NCBI GenBank assembly: GCA_903917735.1
Contig: CAIXBR010000047.1
Location: forward strand, 44,670-108,669
Direction of reading: 5' to 3'
Origin: an uncultured Elusimicrobia bacterium
GTDB lineage: Bacteria > Elusimicrobiota > Elusimicrobia > Elusimicrobiales > UBA9959
Length of the DNA stretch: 64,000 nucleotides
Positions 42,856 to 51,382 of the stretch are shown one piece after another (the first letter of the stretch is position 1; each line of letters begins with the position of its first letter). Both the position numbers and the translations under genes were made by a program. The notes beneath the pieces are model-generated. The model was given only the letters and a program-made list of their open reading frames with translations, searched no databases and was not told where the DNA came from.

Positions 42856-43902
42856 ATGAAGAAAACCGCCGCCATGCAGCGCGCTTTAACTGCAGCCCTT
42901 CTGCTGGCCGCGGCTTTGCCCGTTCACGCCAGCGACGCCCCGCGCTATTTTTCCGATAAAGCGGCGGGCGCCACCACCGCGGACTTTCTTAACCTGCCGG
43001 TAGGCGCGCGCGCCGCGGCCATGGGCGGGGCCTACTCCGCCATAAGCGAAGACGCCTCCGCCGTCTACTGGAACCCCGCAGGCCTGATACAGATCCCGAA
43101 GCTTTCCGCCGTCTTTATGCGCGCGCAGTATGTGGAGAATATAAGCTACCAGTACGCCGCCTACGCCCAAAGGCTTTCTTACGATTCGGTCCTGGCGGCC
43201 TCCATCCTGATGACGGACATAGGTTCTATCCAGCACACCGACGTTTCCGGGACCATAATGCCGGACGCGGCTTTCACCCCGCGCGACCAGGTCTTCACGC
43301 TTTCCTACAGCAAGGCCATACTTGAATTTTCGGACAAGGACATAGACGTGTCCATCGGCGTTTCCGCCAAATATATAAAGTCGCAGATCGTAGAGACCGC
43401 CCACAGCTACGCGGCGGATTTCGGCGTGATGACCTACAACTTCGGCGATATCCCGTACCGCCTGGCCGTAACGGCCACCAACATGGGCGGGGGGCTTAGA
43501 TACGCCGAGGAATCCAACCCGCTGCCGCTGACGATAAAGCTTGGCGGCTCCATAAACCCCTTCAAGAACATGCTGATAGCCACCGACGTGGTCTTCCCGA
43601 AACAGAACAAGCCCAACCTACTGGTAGGCGTGGAGCTCGCCTCCACCCCCAACGAGCTTACGCGCCTGTGCGTACGCGCGGGCCTTGACGCCCAGCAGAT
43701 GCGCGACGGCCTGACGGGGTTTTCGCTGGGCCTGGGCGCTACGCTGCACTTCTTCAGCCTTGACTACGCCTTTGTCCCGATGGGCGAACTGGGGACCACC
43801 CACCGCATCTCCCTCACTTTCGACTTCCCTTTCCACAGCCCGATCTTCGACCGCAGGGACCGCACTATCTTCACCAAAATGAAGGGCATTTCGTTCAAGT
43901 GA
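42856..43902 (+). CDS. PorV/PorQ-like outer-membrane beta-barrel (third copy, barrel only)
   Basis: I prefer the ATG at 42856 (track TTG at 42838), which gives the signal peptide MKKTAAMQRALTAALLLAAALPVHA. TTADFLNLPVGARAAAMGGAYSAISEDASAVYWNPAGL. C-terminal FSLDYAFVPMGELGTTHRISLTFDF. Confidence 0.8.
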   Translation: MKKTAAMQRALTAALLLAAALPVHASDAPRYFSDKAAGATTADFLNLPVGARAAAMGGAYSAISEDASAVYWNPAGLIQIPKLSAVFMRAQYVENISYQYAAYAQRLSYDSVLAASILMTDIGSIQHTDVSGTIMPDAAFTPRDQVFTLSYSKAILEFSDKDIDVSIGVSAKYIKSQIVETAHSYAADFGVMTYNFGDIPYRLAVTATNMGGGLRYAEESNPLPLTIKLGGSINPFKNMLIATDVVFPKQNKPNLLVGVELASTPNELTRLCVRAGLDAQQMRDGLTGFSLGLGATLHFFSLDYAFVPMGELGTTHRISLTFDFPFHSPIFDRRDRTIFTKMKGISFK

Positions 43903-43907
43903 CGGCC

Positions 43908-43958
43908 GCAGAAGGCGGCAAAAGGCAAGGCGGCTCCTTGCTTTCCGCCGCCCTCTGC
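43908..43958 (+). terminator. Long GC-rich hairpin after the barrel gene (terminator-like, no U-tract)
   Basis: GCAGAAGGCGGC...AAGGCAAGG-cggct-CCTTGCTTT...GCCGCCCTCTGC. The outer 12-mers are complementary with one mismatch. Confidence 0.35.
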
Positions 43959-44049
43959 CGCTTCCAGCCTTCCGCCACTGTAAGGGTATCTTCCCGCCCA
44001 CTTGCCTTCCCGCTTCTAATAATATAGATTGTTAAGCCGGAAAAAACAT

Positions 44050-44403
44050 ATGAAAGCCCTTGGCCAACACCTTATATTGGAACTTTACGGCTGCAGCGCC
44101 GCCTCGCTCTCCTCCGTCTCCGAGGTCCAGGAGGCGATGCTCAAGGCGGCCCGGGCGGCCGAGGCTACCATAATAGATTCTATCTTTCACCATTTCAAGC
44201 CTCACGGCGTCTCAGGGGTAGTCGTTATCGCAGAATCCCACTTCGCCATACACACCTGGCCGGAGCACCGCTACGCCTCGGTGGACCTTTTTACCTGCGG
44301 CGCTAAAACCAGGCCCTGGGAAGCCTTCAAGGTCGTAAAGAAACTTTTCAAGGCCACCCACTTCAGCGTGATGAAGATGGAGAGGGGGCTGCTGCCGAAA
44401 TGA
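44050..44403 (+). CDS. speH: S-adenosylmethionine decarboxylase proenzyme (small pyruvoyl-dependent type)
   Basis: MKALGQHLILELYGC... and the self-cleavage region VVIAESHFAIHTWPE. I prefer the ATG at 44050 over the track TTG at 44029. Confidence 0.9.
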   Translation: MKALGQHLILELYGCSAASLSSVSEVQEAMLKAARAAEATIIDSIFHHFKPHGVSGVVVIAESHFAIHTWPEHRYASVDLFTCGAKTRPWEAFKVVKKLFKATHFSVMKMERGLLPK

Positions 44404-45374
44404 AGAAGAAGCCCGATTTCAACTGGCTGAAGAACTCGCGCGGCATTCTGCCGAAAGGCGAATGGTTCGTGGAGTTCTTCACTCCCGGCGAGCTCCACGC
44501 GCACCGCGCGCTGAAAGTGCTGGAGACCTCCTCTACGGCCTTCCAGGAAGCCGCGCTGATAAAAACCCACACTTTCGGCAAGGTGCTGGTGATAGACGGG
44601 GAGACCCAGTCCAGCCAGTACGACGAGGCCTTCTACCACGAATCCCTCGTAGCCCCGGCCCTGCTGGCGCACCCGGCTCCCAAGAGCGCGCTGATACTCG
44701 GCGGGGGGGAAGGCGCCACCGCCAGGGAAATACTCAACGACCGGGGTATAGAGCGCGTCGTCATGGCCGACATAGACTACAACATACTCAGCTTCGCGAA
44801 GAAACATCTTGAGCCCTGGCACAAAGGCGCCTTCGAAGACCCGCGCCTGCGCCTTCTGGCCCAGGACGCGAAGAAGCTGGTCGAGCACACTTCCCTGAAA
44901 TTCGACCTTGTCTATTCCGATCTGCCGAGCCCCATAGAGGGCGGGCCGGCTTTCGGTCTTTACACTCTGGAATTCTACCGCCGCATGAAAAGGATCCTGG
45001 CCCCGGGCGGCGTTTTCACCGTGCAGGCGGGACCCGGCACGCCGTTGCAGTTCGAGCTGCACCCGGCGCTCTACAACACCCTGTCGCGGGCGTTCCGCTT
45101 CGTCGGCAGCTATACGGCTTTCATCCCGTCCTACGACATGCCGTGGACCTTTCTTTATTGCACGGACTCCCCGCGCCTTGCCCCGGCGAGCCTTTCCGCC
45201 CCCGCCCTGGACAGGGCCGCGGCCAAACGGCTTAAACGAAAGCTGAGCTATTCCGACGGGGAAACCATAACCGGGGCCTTCCGCCTGCCGAAGTACTACC
45301 GCGACAGGATAAAGGCCTCGCGCGCCGTAATAACCAAAGCGCGCCCTATGTTTTTCAGCACTTCCCAGCATTAA
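44400..45374 (+). CDS. speE: Spermidine synthase / polyamine aminopropyltransferase
   Basis: VLVIDGETQSSQYDEAFYHESLV, ILGGGEGATAREIL, VVMADIDYNIL, SDLPSP. ATGA overlap with speH. Confidence 0.9.
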   Translation: MKKKPDFNWLKNSRGILPKGEWFVEFFTPGELHAHRALKVLETSSTAFQEAALIKTHTFGKVLVIDGETQSSQYDEAFYHESLVAPALLAHPAPKSALILGGGEGATAREILNDRGIERVVMADIDYNILSFAKKHLEPWHKGAFEDPRLRLLAQDAKKLVEHTSLKFDLVYSDLPSPIEGGPAFGLYTLEFYRRMKRILAPGGVFTVQAGPGTPLQFELHPALYNTLSRAFRFVGSYTAFIPSYDMPWTFLYCTDSPRLAPASLSAPALDRAAAKRLKRKLSYSDGETITGAFRLPKYYRDRIKASRAVITKARPMFFSTSQH

Positions 45375-45393
45375 TCGATAATGGAGCACGAAC

Positions 45394-45855
45394 ATGAAAA
45401 AAATGAAAAAAATAGAAAAGAAAGCGCCCGCGAAAGCGGCCGTAAAGAGCAAGCCCGGGGCCGCCGCCCCGGCTAAGAAGAAAGCCGGCCCTGCCGACAC
45501 GGGCGCCCTCAACCGCCAGGAGGTCGCGGAAATAGCCGAAGAACTCGCCAGGATGAAAACGGCTATAACGAAGAACGTAGAGGACAAGAAGAACCTGGAC
45601 CTGCTTGAGCCCGAGGTCGGCGACTCCATAGACCAGGCCACGCAGAGCCTGGACAAGGAAATACTATTCGAGCTTTCCGACAACGAGCGCAAGATGCTGC
45701 GCGATATAGAAGCCGCGCTGCGCAAGATGGAAAAGGGCACTTACGGCCTGTGCGAGCACTGCAAGAAGGTTATTGAGAAAAGACGGATAAAAGCGCTGCC
45801 TTCCGCCCGCTACTGCATGATCTGCCAGAGCGGTTCTGAAAAGAGCAGGGTATAA
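45394..45855 (+). CDS. DksA/TraR-family C4 zinc-finger protein with Lys/Ala-rich N-terminus
   Basis: C-terminal GTYGLCEHCKKVIEKRRIKALPSARYCMICQ (CxxC-17-CxxC) after a coiled-coil region. Confidence 0.8.
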   Translation: MKKMKKIEKKAPAKAAVKSKPGAAAPAKKKAGPADTGALNRQEVAEIAEELARMKTAITKNVEDKKNLDLLEPEVGDSIDQATQSLDKEILFELSDNERKMLRDIEAALRKMEKGTYGLCEHCKKVIEKRRIKALPSARYCMICQSGSEKSRV

Positions 45856-45882
45856 GATAGTTTGCGGCTGAAGACTAAGAAA

Positions 45883-45932
45883 GGCAGCGGAAGGAAAAAG
45901 AAAGCGCGAAAGCTTTCCTGCCTTCCGCCGCC
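45883..45932. terminator. GC-rich hairpin between convergent genes (bidirectional terminator candidate)
   Basis: GGCAGCGGAAGG...GAAAGC-gcga-aaGCTTTC...CCTTCCGCCGCC. Lies between the + CDS ending at 45855 and the - CDS ending at 45950. Confidence 0.4.
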
Positions 45933-45949
45933 TTCGTTGCTGTCAACTT

Positions 45950-46849
45950 TCAGGGAACCAGGGAGTGGTCAGAGGCGTCTACTTTGGAGGCTACCTGCAC
46001 TTCGGTATTTCTCCAGTTGCGGGCCTTGGCTGTAATAACGAATTTCCGGCCGTTAGAGGCTATCTCCAGTGTATCGGGATCAAGCGTCCTATAGAGTTCC
46101 GCCCGCACAGCGTTAACGTTGCCGGTAAGGTCGGCAAGCCGCTTCAGGTCGTTGGTGTAATGCCCTTCCTTCTTCATGTAGAGGTCTTCCAGGATGGCCA
46201 GTTTCGAGATAGTGCGGTGGGCTGACACTATCTGTCCCTTCTCATAAGGTGTTATCTTCAGCACCGTCTTGTTCAGCCAGGAGCCTATAAAAATAGCCAT
46301 CAATCCCCATGAAAAAGCAAGCACGAGCCCGTTGGTCAGGTCGCCGCGCTCTTTCAGGCTTATAACGCGGCTTCCGGCCGCATAGTCGTGCAGTGCGCGC
46401 TTGTTTTTGGTGAAAAGCGCCATTATATAGCCGAGATTGAGCGTGATGGAGCTCAGGAAATACGCCAGCGACCTCACGAAAGCCTTAGGAACGGAAAGGT
46501 CTCCGCCGTCCGCCGCCCTGACCCTTATATTCATGATGAACTTGCCCAGCGTGGCGCGGCCACCGCTGGAGAAAATGGTTTCGTAGATCACGTACGCGCC
46601 TATCCAGAGAAACTTCCATTTCCATTCTCCGGCGGCGGAAGGGGCTACGATGCCGGACCTGACGGCCGCCGGCAGCGTAGCGTAAGTGAGGAGCACGAAG
46701 GGAAGCGAGTCTATGACGTAGGCCACGAAACGCTCGTTAAAGCCGGCAGGCACAGGGCCTTCCGCGGTCTCCATTCCCGGGGCATCGTCCAGTCCCGGGA
46801 TGGGCGGAAGCGGCTTAAGTTCTAAATCGTTGTTTTCCATGGAATCCAC
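45950..46849 (-). CDS. RDD-family membrane protein with C-terminal pilin/pseudopilin-like globular domain
   Basis: The only convincing minus-strand gene. RFVAYVIDSLPFVLL...GGRATLGKFIMNIRV...ALHDYAAGSRVI (RDD pattern). A final TM is followed by GQIVSAHRTISKLAILEDLYMKKEGHYTNDLKRLADL..., reminiscent of the start of a type IV pilin head domain. Confidence 0.7.
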   Translation of the reverse strand: MDSMENNDLELKPLPPIPGLDDAPGMETAEGPVPAGFNERFVAYVIDSLPFVLLTYATLPAAVRSGIVAPSAAGEWKWKFLWIGAYVIYETIFSSGGRATLGKFIMNIRVRAADGGDLSVPKAFVRSLAYFLSSITLNLGYIMALFTKNKRALHDYAAGSRVISLKERGDLTNGLVLAFSWGLMAIFIGSWLNKTVLKITPYEKGQIVSAHRTISKLAILEDLYMKKEGHYTNDLKRLADLTGNVNAVRAELYRTLDPDTLEIASNGRKFVITAKARNWRNTEVQVASKVDASDHSLVP

Positions 46850-46950
46850 CAGTTCGTGAATTTAAAAAATTACTTACCCATTCCAATTATATCAACTTCG
46901 CGAAGCATTTGAATACCCCGTCATAAATAGCTTAAAATATACCTCATACC

Positions 46951-47787
46951 ATGTGCAGGATAACCGCGGTAATTTCCACGAGGCCCGCCTCGAACAACGA
47001 CCTCCTCTGCGGCAGGTCTAAGGGCCTGCTCGCGCAGGCTGACGCCGTAGCCGGCCGGTTCCAGGACGACGGCTGGGGCGTGGGCTTCTACCGCGGCGCC
47101 GGCGCCGCTGTGATAAAGAGCCCCGGGCCGGCCCGCTTGGAGAAAAAAGCTTTTGAAGCGGCTGCCGCGTGCGCCGTCTCCAGCGTGACGGTGGCCCACC
47201 TGCGCGACGCCTCCAACCCGGCTGGCCTGGCCAGGGCCAGGCTGCTCTGCGCGGACAACACCCAGCCCTTTTCGGGCGGCGGTTTCCTTTTTGCGCACAA
47301 CGGCACGCTTTTCATTAAAGACGAGATCCGCAGCCTCCTCGGCAAATACGCCTCAAAGGTAAAGGGCGCCAACGACTCCGAGGTGCTGTTCTGGCAGGTC
47401 ATGAAGATGCTGGACGCATACGGCTCGCCCGAAACCGCGCTCGAGATGGCCCTCGACGAGATACGCACGGTCTGGATCTCCTGCAGGGATAAGTATCCGG
47501 GGCGCGCGGCCCCCTACCGCGGCCTCAACCTCTTCCTGGCCTCGCGCGACAGTCTTACGGTGCTCTGCCATTACCAGCTCAAGAAAGAAGGCGGAAAAGG
47601 CGCCCTGCTTACCCCCGGGTGGGAGTTCGGCCGCATAGCCTGGCGGCGCGAGAAAGAGCGTCTGGTCTTCTCGAGCGAGCCGGCCGACGCCGGGCCCGGC
47701 TGGAAAAAAATGAACGACCCGGAAATAGCGCGCGCGACCCTGAAAGGCGGGAAGATAGCACTCGTTTTCAAAAGGATCACACTATGA
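46951..47787 (+). CDS. Class II (Ntn-type) glutamine amidotransferase family protein
   Basis: N-terminal MC nucleophile (MCRITAV). DGWGVGFY, HLRDASNP, NTQPF...FAHNGTL, NDSEVLF. Confidence 0.75.
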   Translation: MCRITAVISTRPASNNDLLCGRSKGLLAQADAVAGRFQDDGWGVGFYRGAGAAVIKSPGPARLEKKAFEAAAACAVSSVTVAHLRDASNPAGLARARLLCADNTQPFSGGGFLFAHNGTLFIKDEIRSLLGKYASKVKGANDSEVLFWQVMKMLDAYGSPETALEMALDEIRTVWISCRDKYPGRAAPYRGLNLFLASRDSLTVLCHYQLKKEGGKGALLTPGWEFGRIAWRREKERLVFSSEPADAGPGWKKMNDPEIARATLKGGKIALVFKRITL

Positions 47788-48407
47788 AATGGCTCCTGCT
47801 CCTCATGATCTTTATAGCCGGCATCTATTACCTGGTCAACCAGCACAAGACCGAGGTCAAGCAGAAAGAGATGGCCCAGCTGGCGAAAAAAGACGAGATA
47901 GTCTCCCTGCCCGACCCGGGACTGCCGGTAAAGCCGGAGAAGACCTACATCATAAAATTCTCCATGGCCACTCTTAAGACCCTGCGCTCGCTCACTGAAG
48001 ACTCCGACTCCAAAGTCCGCTTCGCCTCCGCGGAACTGCTTTGGCAGCTGCAGGACGAGAGCGCTCCGGCCGTTATCAAGAACATGTTCTCCAACGAGAC
48101 CGAGATAACGGTAAAAAGGCAGCTTATCGAGATGTTGGCCAAAGACAAGAGCAAGCTCAGCCTGGCCCTGCTGGCCGAAGCCCTGAAGGACTACGACAGC
48201 GAGACGCGCCTTAAGGCCGTAGAGGCCATCGGCACGTTCCAGAACAAAGAGGCCCTCCCGCCGCTTAATCTGGCCATGCAGGATTACGACGAGACGGTGC
48301 GCCTGAAAGCCCTAGAGTCCGTAAACCGCATACGCCAGGACATCGAAGCCCACAAGGAGCAGCAGCTGCGCGAGATGGAAAACAAACCTCTTTTCCGCAT
48401 CGAATAG
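47784..48407 (+). CDS. Membrane-anchored HEAT-repeat protein
   Basis: ATG at 47784 forms an ATGA overlap with the previous stop; the track's longer ORF from 47619 is off-frame read-through of the previous gene. TM WLLLLMIFIAGIYYLV. HEAT-like DSDSKVRFASAELLWQL, DYDSETRLKAVEAIGTF, DYDETVRLKALESVNRI. Confidence 0.7.
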   Translation: MKWLLLLMIFIAGIYYLVNQHKTEVKQKEMAQLAKKDEIVSLPDPGLPVKPEKTYIIKFSMATLKTLRSLTEDSDSKVRFASAELLWQLQDESAPAVIKNMFSNETEITVKRQLIEMLAKDKSKLSLALLAEALKDYDSETRLKAVEAIGTFQNKEALPPLNLAMQDYDETVRLKALESVNRIRQDIEAHKEQQLREMENKPLFRIE

Positions 48408-48414
48408 GCGGCTC

Positions 48415-48444
48415 TTGACAAATATTTACTTGATTTTTTAAAAT
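48415..48444 (+). promoter_or_regulatory. Sigma70-like promoter for the MoxR/Bat operon (TTGACA - 18 nt - TAAAAT)
   Basis: TTGACA at 48415-48420 and TAAAAT at 48439-48444, in the AT-rich gap before 48505. Confidence 0.4.
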
Positions 48445-48504
48445 TTCAAACTGTCGGCGGTTATCCAATAACCGCAAAAACTTCTAAAGAAACAAGGACC
48501 ACTC

Positions 48505-49494
48505 ATGGACTCGGAAATCTCAAAACTGAACCAGAAAATTCAGCAGGATTCGCTTTTCCTGGTTGACCTCAGGAAGGAAATGGCCAAGGTGGTTGTGGGC
48601 CAGGACGACCTGATAAACGGCCTTCTCGTCGGGCTTATAGCCAACGGCCACGTGCTGGTGGAAGGCGTGCCGGGCCTGGCCAAGACGCTGACTGTAAAGA
48701 CGCTGGCCCAGACCATTTCGGCCGCCTTCCAGCGCATCCAGTTCACTCCGGACCTGCTGCCCGCCGACATCGTCGGCACGCTGGTCTTCAACCCGAAGGA
48801 GAACACCTTCGCCGTGCGCAAGGGCCCCATATTCTCGAACATCGTGCTGGCCGACGAAATAAACCGCGCCCCGGCCAAGGTGCAGAGCGCGCTGCTGGAA
48901 GGCATGCAGGAGCGCCAGGTCACCATCTCCGACACCACCTTCAAGTTGCCGGACCTGTTCATGGTGCTGGCCACCCAGAACCCGATAGAGCAGGAAGGCA
49001 CCTACCCGCTGCCCGAGGCACAGGTGGACCGCTTCATGCTCAAGATAAACATCACCTACCCGTCCAAGCAGGAAGAGGCGCGCGTGCTGGAGCTGATGGC
49101 CCGCCAGACCCTGCCTTCCGCCGGCAAGGTGGTCAGCGTGGAAGAGGTAATGAAGGCCCGCCAGACCGCGGACCTTATCTACGTGGACGACAAGATCAAG
49201 AACTACGTGCTGGACCTTGTCATAGCCACCCGCGAACCGGAGAAACACGGCCTGGCCAAGATCAAGCCCTGGATACTTTACGGCGCCAGCCCTCGCGCCA
49301 CCATTTATATGATACAGGCCGCCAAGGCCTACGCCTTCATAAACGGGCGCGGCTACGTAACGCCCGAGGACATCAAGGCCGTCGGCTTCAACGTGATGTG
49401 CCACCGCGTGCTGCTCACCTACGAGGCCGAAGCGGAGAACATAGGCTCCGAGGACATAGTGAAGAGCATCTTCGAAGCCGTAGAGGTGCCGTAA
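48505..49494 (+). CDS. MoxR-family AAA+ ATPase
   Basis: HVLVEGVPGLAKT (Walker A), VLADEINRAPAKVQSALLEGMQERQVT, ATQNPIEQEGTYPLPEAQVDRF. Confidence 0.95.
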   Translation: MDSEISKLNQKIQQDSLFLVDLRKEMAKVVVGQDDLINGLLVGLIANGHVLVEGVPGLAKTLTVKTLAQTISAAFQRIQFTPDLLPADIVGTLVFNPKENTFAVRKGPIFSNIVLADEINRAPAKVQSALLEGMQERQVTISDTTFKLPDLFMVLATQNPIEQEGTYPLPEAQVDRFMLKINITYPSKQEEARVLELMARQTLPSAGKVVSVEEVMKARQTADLIYVDDKIKNYVLDLVIATREPEKHGLAKIKPWILYGASPRATIYMIQAAKAYAFINGRGYVTPEDIKAVGFNVMCHRVLLTYEAEAENIGSEDIVKSIFEAVEVP

Positions 49495-49526
49495 GCGGAG
49501 CGCCTGCAGAGGCTGACCCTTCCGAT

Positions 49527-50414
49527 ATGAACACAGCTGAAATCCTGAAAAAGGTCCGGCAGATAGAGATAAAGACCGGACGCCTGGTCAGCGAAACTTT
49601 CGCCGGCCAGTACCAGAGCGTGTTCAAAGGCCACGGCATAGAATTCTCCGCCGTGCGGGAATACGTGCCCGGCGACGACGTGCGCTCCATAGACTGGAAC
49701 GTCATGGCGCGCGCCGGCAAGCCTTTCATAAAGCAGTACATCGAAGAGCGCGAGCTGACGCTTATGATACTCTGCGACGTTTCCGCCTCGCAGAGTTTCG
49801 GCTCGGGCGAGAAACCGAAAAGCGAAGCCGCCGCGGAACTGGCGGCGATGTTCGCCTTCTCGGCCCTGAAGAACAGCGACAAAACCGGCCTGCTGCTCTT
49901 CACCGACAAGATCGAGCTCTACATCCCGCCCAGGAAAGGGAAGAACCACAGCCTGCGCATCATACGCGAGCTGCTGGCCTACAAGCCCAGGAACCGCGGC
50001 ACCGACCTGGCCATGGCCCTGGGCACGGTCAACCGCCTGATGAAGCGCAAGGGCATAGTCATACTGATCTCCGACTTCATAGCGCCGGACTTCTCCCGCG
50101 AAGCGCGCCTGACGGCGCGCCGCCACGACCTGATCCCGGTGGTGATCACGGACCGCTTCGAAAGAGCGTTGCCGCCGGCCAAGGCCCTGCTGGTCACCGA
50201 CCAACTGGAGGGCGGGCCCGCCTTCACGGCCGACCTGTCCAGCCCGTCCTTCCGCTCGGCCTACGAGACCGCCGCCGCGGCGCGCCGCGCGGGCGTGGAG
50301 ACCGTGCTGCGTTCGGCCGGGACCGACTGGATAGACGTGGACCCGGCCCTGCCGGTGTACGGCCCGGTAGTAAAATTTTTCCGCCAGCGCCGCAAAAGCC
50401 TCAGGATGCGATGA
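49527..50414 (+). CDS. DUF58 domain protein (MoxR-associated, VWA-like)
   Basis: ATG at 49527 (the upstream part of the track ORF overlaps moxR). FKGHGIEFSAVREYVPGDDVRSIDWNVMAR is the DUF58 hallmark. Confidence 0.9.
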   Translation: MNTAEILKKVRQIEIKTGRLVSETFAGQYQSVFKGHGIEFSAVREYVPGDDVRSIDWNVMARAGKPFIKQYIEERELTLMILCDVSASQSFGSGEKPKSEAAAELAAMFAFSALKNSDKTGLLLFTDKIELYIPPRKGKNHSLRIIRELLAYKPRNRGTDLAMALGTVNRLMKRKGIVILISDFIAPDFSREARLTARRHDLIPVVITDRFERALPPAKALLVTDQLEGGPAFTADLSSPSFRSAYETAAAARRAGVETVLRSAGTDWIDVDPALPVYGPVVKFFRQRRKSLRMR

Positions 50415-51382
50415 AAAGGACCACGCTCATATTTTTCGCCGCCGCGCTGCTGCCCCTTGCGCCGGCCCGTGCCGAAGAGGCGGTCTCGCTCAAGCTAACC
50501 CCGCCGCCCGGAAAAATAAGGATGGCGGAGGTATTCAAGGTAGAGGTAGCGGCCTCCTTCCCGGAAAAATACTCAATAAAACCCGATACCGCCGGCGCGG
50601 ACAGCCCGGATTTCGAGATCGCTGCCTTTATAAAGCGGGGCTCCTCCGCCGCCGGCGGGATTAAGACCGACACTTTCGAGATAGACGCCAGGGCTTTCGC
50701 GCTGGGACAAAGCACCTTCCCGGCGCTCTCCTGGGGGCTTTACGGACCCGATGGCTCGGCGGCCGGCGAAGCTAAAACCCAGCCCTTCGTACTGGACATA
50801 GGCCCCGTCTTCGAGAAGACGGATGGAGACATAAGGGACATCTACCCGCCTTTCCGCTATCTCCCCTGGCTGTGGATATTTGCGGGGCTGGCCGCCGCGG
50901 CGGCCGGGATCTATCTATACCGGCGCTACCGGCACGGCCCCGCGGCCGCCGCCTACGCGCTGTGGAAAGACGCCCGGACGCCTTACCAGCGCGCCAGGGA
51001 GCGCCTGGAGAAACTTTCCGTTTCCCCGCTGGCCGCCGCGGGAAAGATGAAAGAGTATTATATCGGCCTCACGTCGGTGCTGCGCTTCTACCTCGGCGAG
51101 GAGTTCGCCATCGACGCGGAACTTATGACCACTTCCGACCTGACGCGCGAGCTGAAGAAGACCGGCGCGGAACTGAAGACCACTCTCAGGGCCAGGGAAT
51201 TCCTGCATAAGGCCGACCTGGTGAAATTCGCGAAGCTGAAGCCCGAGGACGCCGCCGCGGACACGCGGGACCTGGAGGGAATGCTGGGCGAATTCTCCAG
51301 GACGGCGGAGAATGCCAGGGCGGCGGCCGCCGCCGAAGCCGCGGCAAAAAAAACGGCGGCTAAAACCGGGGGAAAACTGTGA
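50411..51382 (+). CDS. Bat-operon membrane protein (signal peptide, periplasmic domain, one TM, cytoplasmic helical DUF4381-like part)
   Basis: Position between the DUF58 and BatA genes. Signal peptide LIFFAAALLPLAPARA. TM WLWIFAGLAAAAAGIYLY. Family assignment is by context only. Confidence 0.5.
   Translation: MKRTTLIFFAAALLPLAPARAEEAVSLKLTPPPGKIRMAEVFKVEVAASFPEKYSIKPDTAGADSPDFEIAAFIKRGSSAAGGIKTDTFEIDARAFALGQSTFPALSWGLYGPDGSAAGEAKTQPFVLDIGPVFEKTDGDIRDIYPPFRYLPWLWIFAGLAAAAAGIYLYRRYRHGPAAAAYALWKDARTPYQRARERLEKLSVSPLAAAGKMKEYYIGLTSVLRFYLGEEFAIDAELMTTSDLTRELKKTGAELKTTLRAREFLHKADLVKFAKLKPEDAAADTRDLEGMLGEFSRTAENARAAAAAEAAAKKTAAKTGGKL

Noticed and set aside
44271-45740. 489-aa minus-strand ORF spanning speH/speE/dksA-like
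   Set aside because: It is antisense to three well-supported + strand genes and crosses their boundaries.
47619-47783. N-terminal extension of the HEAT-repeat ORF, and similarly 49398-49526 for DUF58, 42838-42855, 44029-44049 and 57008-57028
   Set aside because: The two long extensions (47619-47783, 49398-49526) overlap the preceding gene in another frame and are Arg-rich. The three short ones rest on TTG starts lying just upstream. In each case the internal ATG gives a proper signal peptide/TM or conserved N-terminus and a tidy start/stop junction.
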